DNA from: Candidatus Marinacidobacterales bacterium
GTDB lineage: Bacteria; Acidobacteriota; Vicinamibacteria; Marinacidobacterales; DATDRI01
Direction: 5' to 3'
Assembly (NCBI GenBank): GCA_965219415.1
Contig: CBDCNP010000002.1
Location: 5,312,001-5,376,000 of the forward strand
Length of the DNA: 64,000 nucleotides
Shown here one piece after another: positions 19,733 through 28,935 of this stretch; position 1 is the first letter of the stretch, and each line of letters starts with the position of its first letter. Position numbers and translations under genes: made by a program. The notes below the pieces were generated by a model. It was not told the DNA's origin. It saw only the letters and a program-made list of their open reading frames with translations, and searched no databases.

Positions 19733-22300
19733 TTACATAGCAGAAAGGACTACAAAGCACCCGAGCCGACGGGGATCGTCTCCCGTCCCCTCTCGACGCG
19801 GGACGAAGCTTCCCCGCGAGCGAACCGTGATCTCGTAGACCCACCGGTTTCCTGAAGGTCCGCGGAACTCTCGCGGCCGACGCAGCGGTAGCACAACCGT
19901 CTCGCGAGTGGAGGGTCCGAGTGCTTTGTCCAAAGGATCGGCACCCCGTTGCCGGATCTGCACTCGGTTCTCACTCGGCGTATTCGTGAGGGCGAGTTGA
20001 ATCCGATCGATTGGATGTTCGGCTTGCACGAAAAACCTGGTCTCTTCGCCACCTGGAACCCAAACACCTCGGTTCTCGAACCCGTAGCGGCCCTCCGTCC
20101 AGAACCTGGCCGTTTGTTCCGCGCCGCGAATCGCGTGGGTGTCGTTGAACACCGGGCCGGTCTTGGTTGTGACGTTCGATGGGAGGTGTTCCAAAATTCC
20201 AGCCATGATCACCAGAGCTCCAAGCGCGCAGGCAGCCCCGAGTGTCACTCTCCATGGAAAAAGCACCGCATCGCGATCGCGCTGGAGGTCTTCTTGCTCG
20301 ACGCGAGGCGAGAGCGTGTAAACCAGGAGCACCAACAGGACGACCAATGCACCGAGCTTGTAGAAGTGGGCGGGACCCGATCCCACCAATCCCTCGCTCA
20401 AGAAGGTAGGCAAGTATTGATAGGGATCGCTGAAGAGCGTCCGGTCGAGTAGTAGCTTGGTGAGATGACTAGCAACAATGTCCTTCTGAAAAACGATCGT
20501 AAAGGACAGGGTCGCGGCAAAAAGCACCGCGGCCACGCCGGCGAGGAGACCATCGGAAGAACTTCTTCGCAGCACGAAGACTAGGGGCAGCGCGGCCAAC
20601 GGAGTCACACCAAGAATGTAGCGGGCCACCGAGCTCACCGCCCCGGGCCAGTGAGGAAAGGAAGCTATCACGAAAACATAGGACAAGACCACCACCGCCA
20701 GATAGAAACGGATCTCGCGGTGGCGGAATGCCAGTCGCCCCAACCCGGCGAGAGCGAGGGCATGAATGGGCGCGTAGATGAAAAGTCCATTCTCTCTATC
20801 GAGGAAAAGCCCCAGAAAACCCGAGAGCACGTTGCCCGGCTCGAAAGACGTTCGCCCCACCGCCCGGAAGGTCGCATCGGGAAGAATGCTTCCTGTCAAC
20901 GCATGGTTGTAGATGGTGATCGACAGCGCCGACACGATGAGCGGCACGAAGAGAAGCCCCAAACGGACGATGCGCTGCGAGCGGCTCGGCGCCGTGCCGA
21001 GAATCCGCCAGGCGATGAAAACGCCCATGATCGCGGCGGTGAGGGAGTACTTTTGGTGAAGCCAAGGCAGGAAGGCGAGCGCCATCGCACCGAACAACAA
21101 CCCACTCCCGCTCGGTGCCAGTTCGATGAAAAGCTTTCGAAACGCATAGAGCAAGAGAAGTGCAGCGGGAAGCTCTGGATAAATTTGGTACGAGTAAAGC
21201 AGAAGCGGGGGGGATACCGCGAGGGCGAAGGCGGTAACGAAGGCCGCACCCCAACCCACGTCCACCTCGCGCGCCACTCGGAAGATCTCCAAAACCAACA
21301 AAGAGCCGAGGAAGCCCCAAAAGAGGATGGCCGCGACCTGACGGTCCCATCCCAGCCATCGGTTCAACGAGCGATCCAGTAAGTAGGGCGGCACTAAGAG
21401 GAGCCCCGGCCCAGGGGCGTTGATGTAATAGATCCCTCCGTCCGGGCTTCGAAACATCGAACGATTGGCCCGGGTCGCGACGACTTCTCCCACTTTTCCA
21501 TGGCTGGCGGAGCCGACGAACGCTCCCCCCAGCTCGAACGTTTCGCCCACCCATCGCGAAGTGATCCCGGGAAGCCGTGATAGGAATCCGGGGAAACTTG
21601 CCCTCTCGGCGGCCCCCTCCGCTTTCGCGATGTCCAAAGTTCCCGACTGAGAGACCGCCGCCGCCATGCGGAGGTACTTGAACATGTTCCCTTGACCTTC
21701 GCCGTCCTTCCATAGCCAGGACGGAGTGGCCAATGCAAAGATCGTCATCGCGAGGATCATGATCGCGGCACCACCGAGCCGCCAACGACGGAGGTGTCGT
21801 TCGGTCACGGCGAGGAAGGAGAGCGCCGGCCTAGGATCGGCGATACGCCAGATCGTAATGGCAAGAGACAAAGCCAGGAGAGTCCATGTCAGCACGGAGG
21901 CGAAGGAGCCCTCGTAGCCAAGCGTCAAGATGAAGTTCAGACCGTGTGGGAACTGTGGCGATAGAGCGAGGGACAGACAAGAAACGAGTGTTAGACCGAC
22001 CGGGATCAAAAGAGGTGCCATCGAGCGACCGATCCAGGTTAGCAGTTCATCCATCGGTCGCTCGGAAAGCCAGGCGAGAAGAAACGAGATCGCCAACCAG
22101 AGGCAGAGCCCGAAACTCATCACCGTCACGACTTCGGAGACGGCCTCTCCAGCGCGTAGATTCCTGGCCGCCGCGGTGAGGAACGATTCGCCGGTCTGCT
22201 GTCGGAGGAAAACCCGGATGAACCCGTCCAGATAACGGGAGAACCCGAGCGCCGCGAAGACGGTAGCGGTTGTGAGTATTGCCCTGAGATAGCCGGTCAT
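19733..22300 (-). CDS. Large polytopic membrane protein, probably a GT-C glycosyltransferase-like
   Basis: 855 aa with many TM helices, YSYQIYPELP and LPWLHQKY motifs, and a soluble C-terminal domain. Confidence 0.55.
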   Translation of the reverse strand: MTGYLRAILTTATVFAALGFSRYLDGFIRVFLRQQTGESFLTAAARNLRAGEAVSEVVTVMSFGLCLWLAISFLLAWLSERPMDELLTWIGRSMAPLLIPVGLTLVSCLSLALSPQFPHGLNFILTLGYEGSFASVLTWTLLALSLAITIWRIADPRPALSFLAVTERHLRRWRLGGAAIMILAMTIFALATPSWLWKDGEGQGNMFKYLRMAAAVSQSGTLDIAKAEGAAERASFPGFLSRLPGITSRWVGETFELGGAFVGSASHGKVGEVVATRANRSMFRSPDGGIYYINAPGPGLLLVPPYLLDRSLNRWLGWDRQVAAILFWGFLGSLLVLEIFRVAREVDVGWGAAFVTAFALAVSPPLLLYSYQIYPELPAALLLLYAFRKLFIELAPSGSGLLFGAMALAFLPWLHQKYSLTAAIMGVFIAWRILGTAPSRSQRIVRLGLLFVPLIVSALSITIYNHALTGSILPDATFRAVGRTSFEPGNVLSGFLGLFLDRENGLFIYAPIHALALAGLGRLAFRHREIRFYLAVVVLSYVFVIASFPHWPGAVSSVARYILGVTPLAALPLVFVLRRSSSDGLLAGVAAVLFAATLSFTIVFQKDIVASHLTKLLLDRTLFSDPYQYLPTFLSEGLVGSGPAHFYKLGALVVLLVLLVYTLSPRVEQEDLQRDRDAVLFPWRVTLGAACALGALVIMAGILEHLPSNVTTKTGPVFNDTHAIRGAEQTARFWTEGRYGFENRGVWVPGGEETRFFVQAEHPIDRIQLALTNTPSENRVQIRQRGADPLDKALGPSTRETVVLPLRRPREFRGPSGNRWVYEITVRSRGSFVPRREGTGDDPRRLGCFVVLSAM

Positions 22301-22359
22301 GCTTTAGGAGCGGCGATTATACCCGGGACCTCGACGAGTATGGTATCGTCACCGAAAAC

Positions 22360-22770
22360 ATGGCAGAGCCTTTCTACCAAGGCGGACTCCGTTTCGACTG
22401 CCAGCAGTGCCACAACTGCTGTCGGGGCGCGCAGGCCGGCGGCGTCTACCCCAGCCGACCGGAGGTCAAGCGCATCGCAAGCTGGCTCAAACTTTCACTC
22501 AGCAAGTTTCGAAACAAATACATGCTCAAGAATCTCGACGGAGCACCGAGCCTGCGGATCCGTCGGAACGGAGACTGCATTTTTTGGGATGGCGGTTGCA
22601 CGGTCTACTCAGTCCGTCCACGGCAATGCCGTACTTTCCCATTCTGGCCGGAAAACATCGACTCGCGAGAGAGTTGGAACGCCGTGAAGGAAACGTGCCA
22701 CGGTGCCGGAAAAGGAAAGCTGTACCACCTCGAAGAGATCCGCTCGGTGCTGCACGGCCGGGCGACGTAG
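22360..22770 (+). CDS. YkgJ-family CxxCxxCC zinc/iron-chelating protein
   Basis: CQQCHNCC, CIF, CTVYSVRPRQCRTFPFW motifs. Confidence 0.88.
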   Translation: MAEPFYQGGLRFDCQQCHNCCRGAQAGGVYPSRPEVKRIASWLKLSLSKFRNKYMLKNLDGAPSLRIRRNGDCIFWDGGCTVYSVRPRQCRTFPFWPENIDSRESWNAVKETCHGAGKGKLYHLEEIRSVLHGRAT

Positions 22771-22785
22771 TCGGCTGGCAGCGAC

Positions 22786-22864
22786 CCCCTCACCCGCCGT
22801 CTGGCCACCTTGTTCGTTGACACAGCGTGTTTTGACGGCCACAGTCCCCCAAGGGGGCGAGGGA
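22786..22864 (+). repeat. Degenerate REP-like palindrome between convergent genes
   Basis: CCCTCACCCGCCGTC...GACGGC...CCCCCAAGGGGGCGAGGG, related to the copy at 47757. Confidence 0.55.
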
Positions 22865-22885
22865 ATAAAGGAACAAGAGCTTCGA

Positions 22886-24628
22886 TTAACGCAGTGACTC
22901 GAGCCGGACCGGCTCGCTCAAATCATAAATAACCGGATAGAGCAGATCCTCGCGCCGGTAGGTCACGCCTTGGGCATCGAGGCGCCGACCGATACGCCCT
23001 GCCATGCGGAAGCTGCGGGGGATGAGAGCGACGTCCTCCGCATTCGCTATCTCATCCCGATATGGGGAATAGCGTTCGGTCTGCTCGGGACCGAGCTCCG
23101 AGGTCATCAACAATCTGCCATGAGAGAGAAAAATGTATTTATAGGAGACATAGAAATCGGTATAGGCGTACCGCACCCCGAGCTCCTCGAGCTCCCGAAC
23201 GAACTCACGATTCAAGGCGTCACTCTCGAGAGCACGCACGCCGTAGAGCCCGCTGCCATAGATATTGACCGCCAGAAGCACTCCCGCGGCTAGCCCAGCC
23301 GCCAGCCGAGAGCGTCGGCCCAGCTGTGCCAGACCTGCCAGAGAAGACGCCAGGAAAATGGGAATTACCGAAAATAGAAAAATGAGATAGCGCGGCTCTT
23401 TGGTAAGCCAACCGAACGTACTCTGTGCGAAGACCGCTACGACCAGCATCGCAAAGACGACGAGCATGCTCTCGGCGGTCAACCGTAGCCGAGTCAATTC
23501 GCGCAAACGATCACGCTTCTGGATGATGAATCCGCAAAACGCAGCGGGAAAGATCAGCATCAGAACGACTCGCAATACGGATCCCAAAACTGGTTGTTCG
23601 GTCGGAAAATCCATCGGCCACCAGCCCGTCAGCACCGGAAGCGATTCGACGGCGACCGCGTGGACCTGGGTCGCCGTTCGAACGATGCGTTCGGCAAGAG
23701 TAGACTCGTCGTGCGTCCACCAGCGGTAGCTTTGTCCGTAGCGCGTGAGGTTCCAGAGAAAGAGAGGGAGGTTGCCCAGAAGGAAACCGGCCAGAAACAG
23801 CGCCAGGCGCCCGAGGCTTTTGCGAGTCCAATCCGCGGCAATCAAGACGATCAAAGCAACCAGCAGGTAGTAAGTGGAAAGGATGTGGGCCCACAAGGCG
23901 AGACCTCCCAGGACACCCATCCAAAACGCGCGCCTCGCTCTGTCTTCGGGATCCCCAAGAAGGCGCGCACCGACAGCCAAGAGCGCCGTGCCAAAAAAGA
24001 GCACCTCGACGTAGCTGCCGTCCGCCTTCACACTCCACGCGGTCAGGAATCCGGGAGACAAGATCGCATACACCGCCGCGATGGCCGACTCACTCCGGCT
24101 CAACACGGTACGCGCAAGGGCATAGAGCGCGACGGCGAATCCGGCATAAAGAAGAATGCCCGCCGCGGTCAAGCTCACCACCGGTTCTCCGCTCAGCACC
24201 GTGAGGAACGCCGTAGCATGTGCCTTTAGGCTTCCGTCGTAGGATTCGGCATAGCTGAACACCGGGTGGTGTTTCCCCTCGAGGATGTGCAGGGCCATCA
24301 CGCCATGGACCGCGGCATCCGAGCTAGGAATCCCGTAGGCTCCGACGAGTAGCGGAATGCGAGTGATCAAGGTCAGTACGAAGAACAACACCGCGAGGCG
24401 ATTGTCCGCCCTCTCTTTGAAGAGCTTGGGGGAACCGTTCTGGCGCACGAGGAGCCCGAGTGCGATCACGAAAGCAACGGCTGGGATAGCAGGAGACCGC
24501 AGGAACGCAGGTAGGAAGGAAAGGCTTTCTTTGACGCCGGTATCGAACCAGAAGAGGCAAAAGAGCACATAGGACGCGATTGCGACGGCGAAGGCTCCCC
24601 GCATCCCCATTTTCGATCCTTCCAACAT
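22886..24628 (-). CDS. ArnT/PMT-like (GT-C) membrane glycosyltransferase
   Basis: 580 aa, multi-TM, SSDAAVHGVMA loop after an early TM, and an EPRYL motif. Confidence 0.6.
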   Translation of the reverse strand: MLEGSKMGMRGAFAVAIASYVLFCLFWFDTGVKESLSFLPAFLRSPAIPAVAFVIALGLLVRQNGSPKLFKERADNRLAVLFFVLTLITRIPLLVGAYGIPSSDAAVHGVMALHILEGKHHPVFSYAESYDGSLKAHATAFLTVLSGEPVVSLTAAGILLYAGFAVALYALARTVLSRSESAIAAVYAILSPGFLTAWSVKADGSYVEVLFFGTALLAVGARLLGDPEDRARRAFWMGVLGGLALWAHILSTYYLLVALIVLIAADWTRKSLGRLALFLAGFLLGNLPLFLWNLTRYGQSYRWWTHDESTLAERIVRTATQVHAVAVESLPVLTGWWPMDFPTEQPVLGSVLRVVLMLIFPAAFCGFIIQKRDRLRELTRLRLTAESMLVVFAMLVVAVFAQSTFGWLTKEPRYLIFLFSVIPIFLASSLAGLAQLGRRSRLAAGLAAGVLLAVNIYGSGLYGVRALESDALNREFVRELEELGVRYAYTDFYVSYKYIFLSHGRLLMTSELGPEQTERYSPYRDEIANAEDVALIPRSFRMAGRIGRRLDAQGVTYRREDLLYPVIYDLSEPVRLESLR

Positions 24629-24669
24629 TATTATCTAATAGAGCTCTAATTACCGGAGGAGGTGCGCGG

Positions 24670-25200
24670 GTGGCCTGGATTCGTATGATTCGAGAGAGTG
24701 AAGCGAATGGAGAGCTCGCGGATATGTATCGACGCTACGGTGGACCCTCGGGACAGGTAGACAACATTCTCAAGATCCACAGCCTCAACCCGCCGTCGCT
24801 CGAAGGGCATTTCAAGCTGTACGCTCATCTCATGCGCGGCCCCTCCGGGCTCACGCGCGTCGAGAGAGAGATGATCGCCGTCGCGGTATCTAAAGAAAAC
24901 GCGTGTCACTATTGAATCGAGCACCACGCGAGGGGTCTCCTCCGATTGAGTCGTGATCAGGAACTGGTAGACGCCTTGAAGCAAGATCCTCGCAGCGCGC
25001 CCCTCGAGGCCCGGCAGCGGGCGATCGTCGACTACGCCCTCAAGTTGACGCGAGAGCCGTGGAACGTCAGGCAAGAGGACTTGGAGGCTATGCGAAAAGC
25101 TGGTTTAGAAGACGCCGACGTCTTGGACGCGTGCCAGGTCGCTTGCTACTACGCGTACGTGAATCGGCTAGCGCAGGGGCTTGGCGTCGAGCTCGAGTGA
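24670..25200 (+). CDS. AhpD/carboxymuconolactone-decarboxylase-family peroxidase-related selenoprotein (CxxU)
   Basis: GGAGG RBS and GTG start. REMIAVAVSKENACHY-TGA-IEHH is in frame with ORF 24946-25200 (...AYVNRLAQGLGV). The TGA sits at the second Cys of the AhpD CxxC motif and a SECIS-like hairpin follows. Confidence 0.85.
24913..24947 (+). promoter_or_regulatory. Bacterial SECIS-like element
   Basis: UGA-AUCGAGCACCA-CG[C]GAGG-GGUCU-CCUC-CG. The hairpin starts 11 nt after UGA, with a bulge at position 17 and loop GGUCU at positions 22-26. Confidence 0.75.
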
Positions 25201-25213
25201 ATCCCGGTTCCTC

Positions 25214-26248
25214 CTAAGCCACACAAACGTAATCACGACCGTCCACGAAACCGGCCTCTCCGAGCTGGGCGCGGATCTCCTCACGCGCCGAGACAAACCG
25301 AGCCCCCGCCCGACGACTCAATGCGCCCACCGCGACGAGAAGGAACGTCCCCCGAAGGGTATCGACCTCGGTCGCGGCGATGACCTCCGCGTCGTGGATG
25401 CGTTTGCCAATCTTGCGCGGATCGACTTCCACGAAGTAACTGATTTCGACTCCTCGGCTGGCCAGCCTGCGTGCCCAACCCTTGCCGACTGGGCCGGCGC
25501 CCCAGATTGCGACCGGAGCCCGTTCGGCGAGAAAATTTTCCACGAGATAGTGTTCTTTTAATGAAAGGAAGCTCTCCTCACTGAAGCGGGGATCTACGCG
25601 GCTCGCTCTCTCGCTCCAATCTCTCCATAGGAGCAGCCTCTCGGGAGTCTTCCCGAACTGCACCTTCGCTCTCGACATCCTCATCCATAGGTCGTAGTCC
25701 TCCGGCCAACCGGATTCCCTATAACCACCCGCGCGCTCGAGGGATTCCCGACGCATCATCACCGAGGGATGAGGCAGAGGACTCTCTACGAAGAGATCCC
25801 GCAGAATTTCGTCGTGTGTTAGAAGCCCGTTCACCCAACGTTCGTAGCGCAAGAGCCCATCGGACAACCCCTCGCGGGGGAACATGCGAACGCGCGAAGC
25901 GACGACCCCAACATCGGGATGAGCCCGGAGGAACTGCGCCTGCACGGCAAGCCGCTCCGGTCGGCAAATGTCGTCGGCATCCATGCGGGCTAGGAGAGGC
26001 GCTCTCGCTTTTCGGCTGGCGGTGAGAAGCGCCGTTGCAATACCGCGATGGCCTTGCGTGAAGACTCGAACTCTTTCGTCGGACTCCGCAACCTGGGAAA
26101 GAAGTCGTGGCGTGTCGTCCTCGGAGCCATCATCGACGGCGATGATCTCGAATCGATCGAGACTCTGACAGAAGAGGCTCGCAAAACACTCCGAAAGGTA
26201 GACCGCGGCATTGAAGCACGGAAGGAGGATGCTGACTTCAGGAGTCAT
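25214..26248 (-). CDS. Glycosyltransferase family 2
   Basis: VSILLPCFN, VDDGS, ARMDADD and EDYDLW motifs, plus a C-terminal Rossmann-like domain. Confidence 0.9.
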   Translation of the reverse strand: MTPEVSILLPCFNAAVYLSECFASLFCQSLDRFEIIAVDDGSEDDTPRLLSQVAESDERVRVFTQGHRGIATALLTASRKARAPLLARMDADDICRPERLAVQAQFLRAHPDVGVVASRVRMFPREGLSDGLLRYERWVNGLLTHDEILRDLFVESPLPHPSVMMRRESLERAGGYRESGWPEDYDLWMRMSRAKVQFGKTPERLLLWRDWSERASRVDPRFSEESFLSLKEHYLVENFLAERAPVAIWGAGPVGKGWARRLASRGVEISYFVEVDPRKIGKRIHDAEVIAATEVDTLRGTFLLVAVGALSRRAGARFVSAREEIRAQLGEAGFVDGRDYVCVA

Positions 26249-26273
26249 GTTCGCTCGGGTTATGATAGCCCCT

Positions 26274-27182
26274 ATGGAAATCCCCTTCATTCAAGCCGAC
26301 GTCTTCACCGATCGTGCTTTTGCAGGGAATCCGCTCGCCATCATCCCCGACGGCTCGGGGCTTTCCACGGAACAAATGCAAGCCATCGCCCAGGAGATGA
26401 ACCTCTCCGAGACCACTTTTATTTTGCCCTCCGAGGATCCGTCGGCCACCTTCCGCCTTCGAATCTTCACGCCGGCTAAGGAGCTCCCGCTGGCCGGGCA
26501 TCCCGTGGTGGGGGCTTGCTTCATCCTGGCCCAGAAGGGTCGGTTCCCTCTCGAGGAAGGCACCAACCGAATCTTTCAAGAGTGTGGCGCCGGCGTCCTC
26601 CCCGTCGACATCCATGTCCGGGAGGGCAAAGTCGCTCGAGTCTATATGACGCAGGCGACGCCTCAGTTCTTCAGGAGCACTACCAGCCGCCAGCTGTTGG
26701 CCGCCGCGGTTGGCCTGGACGAGGATCGACTGCTCCCCGATGGGCTCCCCGCCGAGGTCGTGTCGACCGCCGTTCCTCAGCTCATGGTCCCCGCGCAAGG
26801 CCTCAAAGACCTCGAAGCCATCGAGCTCGACCTCGTCGCCATGCGAAAGATCTTCCGGGCCATGGAGACCGACTGCTTCATGATCTTCACTCGGCAAACC
26901 GCGCAACCCAACTCCACCGTCCATGCCCGCATGTTCGCCCCCGAGCTCGGTGTGCCTGAGGATCCCGCGACGGGAAGTGCGGCGGGCGCTCTAGGCGCGT
27001 ACTTGGTTCGGCATGGTGTACTGACCGCCAATCCTACCGCGCACCTGATCATCGAGCAGGGCTACGAGATGGGGCGCCCGAGCACGATCTACGTGGAGGT
27101 CGATGGGACCGACAACGCCCCAACCGAGGTGAGGGTGGGTGGCACGGCTGTCGAGGTCGCGGAGGGAACGATCAAGATCTAG
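26274..27182 (+). CDS. PhzF-family isomerase/epimerase
   Basis: DVFT...GNPLA, NLSETTF, RIFTP..ELPLAGHP and EDPATGSA motifs. Confidence 0.92.
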   Translation: MEIPFIQADVFTDRAFAGNPLAIIPDGSGLSTEQMQAIAQEMNLSETTFILPSEDPSATFRLRIFTPAKELPLAGHPVVGACFILAQKGRFPLEEGTNRIFQECGAGVLPVDIHVREGKVARVYMTQATPQFFRSTTSRQLLAAAVGLDEDRLLPDGLPAEVVSTAVPQLMVPAQGLKDLEAIELDLVAMRKIFRAMETDCFMIFTRQTAQPNSTVHARMFAPELGVPEDPATGSAAGALGAYLVRHGVLTANPTAHLIIEQGYEMGRPSTIYVEVDGTDNAPTEVRVGGTAVEVAEGTIKI

Positions 27183-27238
27183 ACGAACGGCCCAGCATCG
27201 AGCGTTTTGAGGAGTGAGCACAAAATAGGAGAAACCAA

Positions 27239-28925
27239 ATGAAGGAGAGTATCGCGGCTATTCTCACGTCGATCGCCATAGTCTCTTTCGGATGTTCGGA
27301 CACGCCATCCGCTCCGAAAGTTTCGGACCGCGAGCTCGAAAAAGCCATCGAGCTCGTAAAGGCGCGAGACTTCGCGGGCGCGGTGGTCATCCTCAACGAA
27401 GTGACGAAAAACCAACCGGATAACGCCAGAGCGTGGTCACTCCTAGGAATGGCCCTCCACTCGATGGGATTCCTCGACCGGGCATTGCCCGCCTACCTCA
27501 AGGCAACCGAGTTTCCCGAGACCGCGCCGGGATGCCATGTACAACACAGCGTGCGCCTACGCTCTGAACGGTGACAAGGACAAGGCCTTCGAATGGTTGG
27601 GGAAGGCGCAGGAGACAGGACGGGTCGACATGACCAAGATCGAGATCGACCCTAATCTCAAGAGCCTTCGAGAAGACTCTCGTTTCAAAGAACTGCTCCC
27701 CAAGCCGGAAGATTTCCACGACCCGTTCGTCGAGGACACCCGCATCCTCAATGAGTGGGTCGGCGAGGGCAAGGGTGGCGCCTTCGGCTGGATGGCTCGA
27801 AACATCGGCGATGGCGACGGCGATGGCGTGAACGACGTCACCACTTCTGCACCCAACTTGGAAGTGGACGGAGCAAGATCGGGACGCGTATACGTCTACT
27901 CGGGTCGCAGCGGAGAGCTCATTTGGACTCAATCGGGCAAGCCCGGCGATCAGCTTGGGTTGGGCATCGAAGCCGCCGGAGACACCAATGCCGACGGTGT
28001 TCCGGACGTCATCGCCGGCGCTCCCGGTGCGGGCGAGACTTACGTCTTTTCGGGAAAGGATGGCAGCTTGCTGCTCACGCTCGCCGCCGAAGTGAAGGGC
28101 GATACGTTTGGCCGCAAGGTCTCGGACCTGGGAGACCTAAACGGTGACGGCTACGATGATGTCATCGTGGGTGCGCCGGGCAGCGACATAGGCGCGGTAG
28201 ATGCAGGCCGAGCATACGTATTTTCTGGGAAGGACGGAGCGCTTCTACTGACCCTGACGGGTGAAGAAGAGGGGGATGGATTCGGCAGCTCTGCCGCTGG
28301 ACTCTTCGACAGCGACCACGAGCTCATCGTCATAGGCGCACCGAACGCTGGTCCCGAGAACAAGGGGCGTGCATACGTCTACTCCGGCGCCTCCGGTGAA
28401 ATCGATTTTGTGATCGACGCCGAGGAGACCGGGTCGCAACTCGGAGGCATGTTTGTTTCCGTCGTGGGCGATGTGAACGCCGATGGTGTGGCAGACATCT
28501 ATGCCTCGGACTGGTCCGACAACGCACTCGGGGCTCAAACCGGGCGCATTTACGTTCACTCCGGTGCGAACGGCGAGCGCCTGCTGACTCTTACCGGTGA
28601 AGTGGCGGGAGACGGGTTCGGCATTGGCCCCGCCGATGCGGGCGATGTCGATAAGGACGGGCACGACGACCTCATCGTCGGTGCCTGGCAACATAGCAGT
28701 GCCGCGCCCGCCGGCGGCAAGGTCTATCTTCACTCCGGCAAAGACGGCTCACTCATGCGAACCTTCACCAGCAGGGTTCAGGGAGAGACCTTGGGCTTCG
28801 ACGCCACCGGCATGGGTGACGTGGATGGCGATGATAGGATCGATTTTTTGGTGACGTCCGCCTGGAGCGCTATCGGAGGCGCTCGCACCGGCCGGATGTT
28901 CATCCTTTCCGGTGAAACCCCCTGA
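27239..28925 (+). CDS. TPR + integrin-alpha-like FG-GAP beta-propeller lipoprotein, one frameshift
   Basis: Lipobox SFGC, TPRs and ~7 FG-GAP repeats (GDLNGDGYDDVIVGAP). The two ORFs join by removing one G at ~27530. Confidence 0.8.
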
Positions 28926-28935
28926 CGTCAGCTGG

